Assembly (NCBI RefSeq): GCF_009914755.1
Contig: NC_060929.1
DNA from: the human T2T-CHM13v2.0 reference genome, Homo sapiens
Length of the DNA stretch: 64,000 nt
Strand: one strand, 5' to 3'
Part shown: piece by piece, positions 54,660 to 64,000 of the stretch
Layout of the letters: every line of letters begins with the position of its first letter
Position numbering within the stretch: position 1 is the stretch's first letter
Position numbers and translations under genes: made by a program
Notes under the pieces: generated by a model
The model's database searches: none
Told to the model about the DNA's origin: nothing
Seen by the model: the letters and a program-made list of their open reading frames with translations, nothing else

Positions 54660-57600
54660 TGTGATAGACATGGGGCTGTGCCACGCAGACCCACGTTCAA
54701 GGAGGGACTTGCTGCCTGGCTGTGGAGGGCACAGACAGCAAGGAGCTTCCAGCTATAAGCTCCTTCAGGATCTCTCTCCACTGCAGATCTCCATCCTCTG
54801 ACCTCAGGCACGGTCCACATCAGGTACTGAGCAAGGCAGAGGTATAAAGGCCCAGCCATTTCAGCCCAACTCAAACGGGCAATATGCATTCCACAGATCA
54901 CCCCCAGGCTGAATGCAGCTTTGGTGGGCCTCACTCACAGTTCAGCCAATCCTTCTGTCCAATCCTGCTTCCACCCTCTTCCTTTCACAGGTGTTGATTC
55001 CTAATAAACATCATGCACCCAAAACTCCATCTTAGCATCTGCTTCTAGAGAACCCAAGATGAGGCTGTTGGTACTAGGAGTGACCCAATAAAACAGCAAA
55101 TAAGATGGTGTTTTGGAGCTCAATCGCCTCTCAACAAGCAATGAAGATGCCATCACTGGTGGTAAGTGGAACACAGACAGCCCCTGGCACCAGATGGCAG
55201 GGCAACTAAACTTTAAAGATGGTGAATTAGAAGCTGTACGCTGGAAGCAAGCCAAACACCCAGGTGTTTAAGACTGTGGAGAAAATGATAGCTATAAGAA
55301 CAATGGCTATGATCCTTCAGGGATGGATGGCTGTCGCTACGCACCAGTGATGCTCTACCATAGTCCCCAAACCTTAGTCTGCCCAGAAATCACCTGGAGG
55401 GCTGGTTAAATCTCAGACTGCTTGTTCCCCACTCCCAGTTTCTGATTCAGTGGCTGGGATGGGGTAAGAATCTGCCTTTCTAACAAGTTCCCAGGTGAAG
55501 CTTTATGAGTCTCAGTTGGGAGCCTTCACTTAGAGAACCACTACACTACAGAAGTATAACAGCAGAGGAGGAGAAAAGACTATTAGAAACCAGATGTGAA
55601 AGCCAGAAGAAACTCTCACTACCTACAGTGGGAGGTCACAGCAAGGCAGGACCAAGCCTAAGGCTTACCTGTGAGAGGGGCCAAGCCTCAAAGAAAATTA
55701 GCCACAGTCAGGGCCCAGGAAACCTGAAATGGGGACATTTATGTTTTGACTCCCCAGATTCCTCTAAATCATCTGACTGCAGAGATGGCACATCCCTCCC
55801 AATTAAGAGCAACCACTCACTTGTACCAGAAGACAATGGAAGAACCTGCAAGGCAACACTATCCCCCTTCACACACCCCTCAACCAGTCTCCCCTCCTGG
55901 CCAATACCTATAATTGGGGTCATTTCAGGGCCCCAACTGGGGAGGTGCTGGAAGGAAACAGATTATATTTCAAAAGAATTGCAGGAACTAACTAGCATGT
56001 GGCAACAGCCAGAGAAGTCTGCAGAGGACCTGATGATGAGAGCTTTGATCAACAGGGCCAGAACATAAAATTGTTTAGGGAAGAGTAGATTGACCTGGGG
56101 CACTCAGGATACAACACCACCAGGGTATGTTGAGAACTCCCTACCAGCATGGCTCCTAAAAGCATGAAGAAGCAACGGCCCACGCTGAGCAAAGCTGAAA
56201 TACCGGAATTGCCGTGGTAGACAGTGGAGGAAGGAATTCAAGGACTCAAGGAAGTTAGAATGGATAAAGTATCTACAGCTGGAAAATATGCCAAATAATC
56301 ATGTTGCATGGGAAGCCCCAGAGGACACACCAAAACAAATGTGCAGGTGACAGGAGCACAAACATCATCAGGAAGATCAGTGGTAGCCTCCTCTGCAGGC
56401 CAGGGCTGACTACAAAAGTGGTCAGAGAGCAGAGCTCACCAGCAGTAATAGGGATGACAGAATCCTGAAACAAGAGATGCCAGGTGATAGGACTAAGTGC
56501 TGGAAGCCAGGCCAAAGTAGCAGCCAAAGGGGTCTGACCCACAAAGAGTCATGGAAATAGTTAATAGAACATGGTGTCCTTCGGTACAAAATAAGTGGGT
56601 AACCAGTAAGAGTACTACTTAGTTTGTACGAACATAAGAAACCAAGAATGGATAACCAAGACACTGAAGGCAGGTGATTCCAATAAATAGTCACACTATT
56701 CCTTGCCCAGTTCCAGACGTGATCATGTTTTTTGGACTGAAATCCACCGACTGAAGAGGTGGCCAGATCCCAGGAGGAAGGATCCTGTAACAAAATAACA
56801 GCCCTGTCATTCCCCAAAGGGGCTTATGGCCATTTACCTGGGGAGCTGTACACTGGGAAAAGAGGAATAGCAGACAGTTCAAGCCATGTTAGATGCAGTA
56901 TCTGAATCATCATTGATACTTGGAGACTGGATACATCACTGTGGTGCCCCAGTTAGAGTAGAGAATATGAGGCCAAGGTAATAAATGGATCTTGGTCAAG
57001 GTCTGACTTACAGTGGGTCTACTGAATCACAGATCTACCCAGTGGTCCTTCCCCTGGTCCTTGAATGTACACTAGAATTGACATTCTTGGCAGACCCAAC
57101 GTGCTACTCAACACTGGGTCCTTGACATGTGGAATAAGAGCTATCCTAATGGGAAAGCCAAGCAGAAACGAAATTACCACCACCCCCGTCAACCCAGGCA
57201 TCAAAACCAATATTGCACTGTGGGGATGGAAGAGGTCAGTGCCACCCTTAAGGATCTGAAGGATATAGGGGAGATGGTACCGGTCCTATCTCCAATTAAT
57301 TCACCTGTCTGGCCCCTGAAGACCTGAAGGATGACTGCAAACTACCACAAACTTAACCAAGCAGGAACTCTGATTGTAGCTGCCGGGCCAGGTGTTGTAG
57401 TTTAGCTAGAGCAGATATAAAGTACATGGCAACTGATTTGGTGAATGGGTTATTTTCTATCCCAATCAGAAATGAGGATCAGAATGGTTCACAGACATTT
57501 ATAGTTATAGTTTTGCCCCAGTGCTCCCACCCACTCATAATACCAAAGAGCTCCCGACGGTCGGGGCATGCTGTAGAACCTCACACTGCTCCATTACACC

Positions 57601-59453
57601 TCTGACATTACGATGATCAGGCTAGAGACCTTGGTAAAATGCATGCACCGCAGTGGATGTGAGATAAACCCTACAAAGATTCAGGGGCCTGCCGCAGCCA
57701 CACAATTTTTAGGAGTCCAGTGGTCTGGGGAATGCCAAGACATCCCCTCCAAAGTAAAAGACAATTATTGCATCTTCCACCTCCTACAATGAAGAAAGCA
57801 CAACACCTAAGTGGGCCTTTTCAGGCTCAGGAGGCAAAAGAATGCACATTTAGAAACATTGTTCCAACCTGCTTACACAGTGGCACAAACAGCATCAACA
57901 GCTGCCCGCACTGAGGACAGCCCATGTGAGAAATGGCCTCAGCTGTTCCAGGCTAGAGTACAAGCAGCCCTGCTGCTGGGGCCATATGTTTCGGCAGATC
58001 CTATAATGTTGGTGGGAAAAGTTGCCAAAAGGAATCTGTTGCAGGCCACATTGGGAGAATCACAATGCTGGTCCCTGACGTTCTGAAGCAAGACCTGCCA
58101 TCTATAGTGAAGAATTATGTGCCTTTGAAAAAATACTCCAGATGTGCTACTGGGCCCTGATAGATATGTAAGGCCTGGCCAAGAGATACCAGATACACAT
58201 GTGGCCAGAACCACCCATCATAGGCTAAATTCTGTCAATCCCACCAGGCAATACAGCATCAGCAACAATCCATCATAAGGCAGGAGTGGTACTGCCAGAG
58301 TCAAGCATACCCAGGAGCCAAGAGCACAAACAAGCTGCCTGGGCAGATGGCCCGGATCCCCACAGCTCCACCACTGTTGCACCAGCTCCCCTCCCTCAGC
58401 TGATGACTAAGGATGTATGGATGAAAGCAGAGGAAAAAGCCCAAGCTTGGTTTACAAATGGGTCAGTTGGCAAGAGTGGCTGAACCGAAAACAGATGGCA
58501 CTACAGCCTCACTCTGGGATGGCTCTGAGAGATAGCGCTGTGGGGAAATCTCTCCCAGCGGGTGGAGTTTCAGGCAGTGTACCTGGTCATCCACTTTGTG
58601 TGGAAAGAGAAGTGGCCTGAAGTTAGAATATAGATGGACTCCTGGTCAGAAGCAAGTGACCATGCTTGCTGGTCAGGGGCCTAGAAGAAAAAAGATTGGA
58701 AGATGATGGATGAGAAGGTCTTGGGGTAGAGACTTGAAGGTGCACAAATGGAAGGGAGCATGACGAGCTCTATCTCACACATGGAGGTCCATCAGACAGC
58801 AGCCACCATGGAAGAGGTACCAAGGTACCAAGCAGACAAAATGACTGGGGCAGTTGGTGTCAGCCACCCTCTGTCCTTAGCCACCCCAGAGCAACAGGAG
58901 GGGCACATGAATGAAGTGACCACAGTAGCAGAGAGGAGGCTTCACATGAGCCCAACAGCATGGATCCCGCTTATCAAGGCTAAGCTATATAATTAAGCTA
59001 ACTTCCACTGCCAAACATCCAACTAGCCAGATACAATGACTCATGCTGAGCCCCCAAAATGGGACCATTCCTCCAGGAGACCAAACTGTCACCTGCCTTT
59101 CCTGCCTACAGGTCCCTAGCTGGCACCACTGCCCATCTAGTCTCCCTTCAAGGAAGGGCCTGCTGTCCAAATGTGCACTGTGTAGTCAGCACACAGCCTG
59201 TAGCTATTGGCTCCTTCAGGGTCAACCTCAGCTGCAGAGCCCCCTCTCCCAAGGTTGTGCCCTTCCTGGGGTACTTTGCTCTGGGGACTGAGAGAGATGG
59301 GGTTATGACAGCCATTCCAGCACAACACACAAAAATTCTGACAAGCCAGGCCTGATCAGACCCACATCACAGGTGAATAGTTCCCACCTCTGCTCTTTTC
59401 CTGTCACAGGTGTTGATCCCTCGTCAACATCTCAGAGCTCCCAACCTGAGGCA
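54660..59453 (+). mobile_element. ERVL provirus, LTR16/HERV16-like: 5' LTR about 54660-55066, PBS 55069-55082, decayed gag-pro-RT-RNase H, 3' LTR about 59150-59453
   Basis: Both LTRs share TCACAGGTGTTGAT (54985, 59404); TATAAA 54843; AATAAA 55003; PBS TGGTACTAGGAGTG (tRNA-Leu type); gag YISKELQEL; RT SPINSPVWPLK, NYHKLNQ, DLVNGLFSIPI; RNase H AWFTNGS, QAVYLVIHFVWKEKWP. Confidence 0.85.
55357..55540. mobile_element. MER5A-like hAT MITE inserted in the ERV
   Basis: aatcacctggagggc...gaatctgcctttctaacaagttcccaggtga...gagaaccact. Confidence 0.8.
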
Positions 59454-60267
59454 TGTGCACAAACGCTCACAAGATGCCACCTTGTCCCACAATTCCTCGC
59501 TACACTTGCCAACTTTCAAAGACAAATGAGCAGAAGTGATGCAAGTATTTCAAATTATCAGGCACCATCTCATAGTCTTTATTCCCATTATTGTTGAGCC
59601 CTCAAACAAGTTTTAAATAGAAATTAAGGTTTTACATATACTATGTTTAAATACAATGCACTGAATTATAAAGTGAGGAGCTTGGGATTAATAAAAATAG
59701 CTTATAAAAATAAAAGATAAAGGGAACAAATGAGGGACAATAATTGAAAGGGATAGTTATATATGACTCTGCAATGTAAAAGTGTTCTACCTATTCAGTT
59801 AAACTTATTAGAGGGTCCCTGATAAACCAAGGGCAGAGACGCAGGTAAAATAGTCAGTATATATTCAGTTTGGTGGAAAGGACAGACTAACAGAGAGAGA
59901 AGACATGCACTTCAAAGCACTTTACTAAGAGCGTCGCTCCAGGGCCATTCATAGCCACTTATGATGAAACATAAAACTATAATATGTGCAGCTGAAGAAT
60001 ACTTGAAATGGGAAACCATATCAAACACACCATGCCTATTTTAAATAATAAAACGACTAAAACTTTTGTTAAAGTTTCCTTGAGAACATTCCCCACTGCG
60101 CTCCCAAAACCCAAGTGCTTTCCTCTGCAATTATCAGTAAGAGACTATTAGGGAATATGAAGAGAATTTTGATGGTATTATTTCATTTATGGGGGAAAGA
60201 ACAGCAACAACATCTGTCTACTTCTGGCTTCTCAGCATTTACAAACATAATAACCCAAACCAGTTAC

Positions 60268-60348
60268 CTCTTCTCCAGGATAAATGCTGTGCCTAATTCC
60301 TGTGCGTCTTGCCTTTGCGCTGCATTTGCAGAGTGGTCCATCATTCAT
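60268..60348 (-). CDS. DROSHA: DROSHA exon, 81 nt, MNDGPLCKCSAKARRTGIRHSIYPGEE (about M530-E556; Zn ligands C536, C538, H549)
   Basis: ttctgacag|ATG...GAAGAG|gtaact; phase 0-0. Confidence 0.97.
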
Positions 60349-61396
60349 CTGTCAGAAACACAATGTAATTCGTTTTTATTGGAGGGAAAAATCCACACCA
60401 TGCACGGTGATGCCTCCGAAAATGCGTGGGTTTTAATGTCATGAGCGCTGAAGCTCTGAGAGGCTGTCACGGTTAGAAGATTAAACGGATGTTCCAAAAC
60501 CAATAAAGCTGCAAACTGTCTATATTGTCTGATAAAGGGAAACCGTGTGACAACACCACATTCCTGAGTTATTTGTGCAGCCAAGCAGAAAATATCAATG
60601 TCAGCACACTGTTTGCCCCCATCTTCTTCTACCAATTCCCAGGACACTTTTGTTTCCCTATTTCTTATCTCAAGAAAAATGACTCTTTCACAAAAGCAAA
60701 TTTTATATCCTGGAGGAACACATAGAGTGTTTTGAAGGTGACCTGCGGATTCAATGTTTCAAAAAGAGAAACTGTAAGGTACCTCACTAGCAGAGAGAAG
60801 AAAATGCTACTAAAGCCAGAAGAACTTCCCACACTGCTCAGGTTAGATTACGTCTCTTTCCCTGAATTTGTTTTAGTGCCACGAACTCCGCCCACAAGGC
60901 TCCATAGGCAAGCAATTCTTCAAAACCTCTGGAACGGATGAGTGCTAAGCACGGGGATGATAAAGAGCACCGGGTCCGTGTGCTCAATGAATATCTGTTC
61001 TAGACAGGAGAACAACATATATATGATGTGCTTCATAATTTAAAAGAAAAAAAAATCACTTAAAAGTAGGTAATGCTGGGGCGTCAAACAGATGAGATGG
61101 ACAAGAAAACAAAATGGCTGCTCCACAAGAGGCACCAGCATGCATGAGAAAAGGAGAGAAGGCAGAAGGTCCACATCATGCTCTGGGCCACAAGACCCGT
61201 CTAAATAAAATGGACCATTTATGTGGGGGAAAAGACCAAAAGAAGCAGAACTAAGATCAAAATCTGAAGGGCCTCACAAGCCAGGTTCATGAGTTCCTCT
61301 GGTATAGATGGTAATACTGAATCAAAAACAAGACCAGAGCTCAGATAGGGAAAATGAATTTCCATTTCCCTTTTTTTGTAATAATTTAAAAATATA

Positions 61397-61499
61397 GGCT
61401 GGTCAGAGTGTAATGGATTTTACAAGTAATTGATCACAGCCAGTTACAGATTTCTTCGTTTCTTCTCCACTCCCACTGCTTCTTCACTTGACTAGCCTT
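61397..61499 (+). pseudogene. Y3 RNA (RNY3) processed pseudogene
   Basis: GGCTGGTCAGAGTG...AATTGATCACAGCCAGTTACAGATTTCTT...CTTCTCCACTCCCACTGCTTC...ACTTGACTAGCCTT matches hY3 as recalled; short A tail; AAAAATATA on both sides. Confidence 0.92.
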
Positions 61500-61792
61500 A
61501 AAAGAAAAAATATACGTATACATATATACACACACATATTTCTTTAAAGTTATGGAGATTTATAACTCATTATGTCCAATTAAAATATAAAAGTCAATAA
61601 GACTTTTTGAAAAAAAAAGTATTAAAGTAAAAAGCTATACCTTTCTTTAGCCTCTTGGGAAATCTAAAGATCCAGGTGGTACAGCAGAGGAATAATATCG
61701 CTACCAAAAAGAAATATTATGTTAAGATATTATCTAAAGTAACAGCTGGCAAATAAGAGACGTAACAGGATTTCATCAAAAGTTGTAACACA

Positions 61793-62446
<654 letters not shown>

Positions 62447-62729
62447 TTAATGCCAGTCATGACTTGTTGTGATGAAAAATATAAAAAATTAACTTAGTGC
62501 TCACGGATCTCCAGGGAAGCAGAGACATCCTACATGCTTGCCTTTTACCAAGGTCTGGGATCCTACATATTCAGCCCTTCACAAGGCTCAACTATACAGA
62601 GGACACAAAACCAATAACACTAAACAGCATTAGAAAGACTGTTTACAAAGCACTGTTGAATTTCTGATAGAAACAGGTATCCACGGAAATCAGTGTAGAG
62701 GCTTCTTGCGAAACAGGAAACAACAGTCA

Positions 62730-63352
<623 letters not shown>

Positions 63353-63359
63353 AACCCAT

Positions 63360-63522
63360 ATATGGAGGAAGTTTATTTTACGGGGGACAAAAAATGTTCT
63401 AAAATTCAATTGTAGGGATAGTTGTGCAACCCCATGAATATACTAAAAAATGCTGGATTATAAATTTGAAGTACAATTGTATCATATGTAAATTATAACT
63501 CAACAAAGCTGTTTAAAAAGAA
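63360..63522 (+). mobile_element. L1MB/MC-like 3' end
   Basis: aaaatgttctaaaatt...gaatatactaaaaaa...caacaaagctgtttaaaaa. Confidence 0.7.
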
Positions 63523-64000
63523 AACCAAGTTTTAAAATGCATTGGCAGTTCTGCAAACATTTCTGCTCAATTCCAAAGAGTAAAAGGAACACACAAAATA
63601 CATTTCTGCCAGACGTTCTATAAAAAAAAGATGGATAGCTGTCATCTAACAAGAACCAGGAGAAAAGCATTTTAATTAATATAGAATGTTATAAATTTAC
63701 TCACAAAATATAAATTTTAAATTATCTTTTTACAGATATGCCTTAGCTTCCTAACTTTACATGCATTAAAGATATAATTTTTGTATGTATTATATATCTG
63801 TGTGACACAAATCTTTTTTAACAATGCTAATTTTATTATGTATTACTTCATATTAAGACAGTAATTAAAAATAAAAATAATTATGTCCACCTATTATGTT
63901 TTTAGCTCAAACATGCTTAACAAGGAAGAGAACTTGTGACTGTTACCAACTAAAAAAAAGAAATCTTATAGGACTTATTTACTATTTTGCAGCAAGATAC

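Noticed and set aside
55505-56068. 187-aa plus-strand ORF as a domesticated gag
   Set aside because: Starts inside the MER5A-like insertion; the surrounding gag/pol is full of stops and frameshifts.

Overview
Human or near-human primate genomic DNA: the middle of the DROSHA (RNASEN) gene on the minus strand. Thirteen GT-AG-flanked coding exons (60348 down to 4249, 1295 nt) splice into one open frame. By recollection of the human protein this is about M530-R961: the central Platform/PAZ-like/connector region, seven of the eight zinc ligands, and the start of RNase IIIa including the Bump helix. The introns hold about 33 Alu/FAM/FLAM copies (about two-thirds antisense to DROSHA), L1, L2, MIR, two MaLR solo LTRs with 5-bp TSDs, a near-complete LTR16/HERV16-like provirus beside an oppositely oriented ERVL pol relic, hAT/Tigger/Mariner MITEs and a Y3 RNA retrocopy. 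The most speculative lead is a repeat-poor intronic segment (about 15.2-19.7 kb) with same-strand splice sites and broken reading frames, one weakly RRM-like, which could be a fossil nested gene or cryptic exons. Other leads are a perfect cryptic donor competing with a weak authentic one, and a Made1 (miR-548-type) hairpin inside the DROSHA pre-mRNA. Repeat family names and boundaries were read by eye and are approximate.
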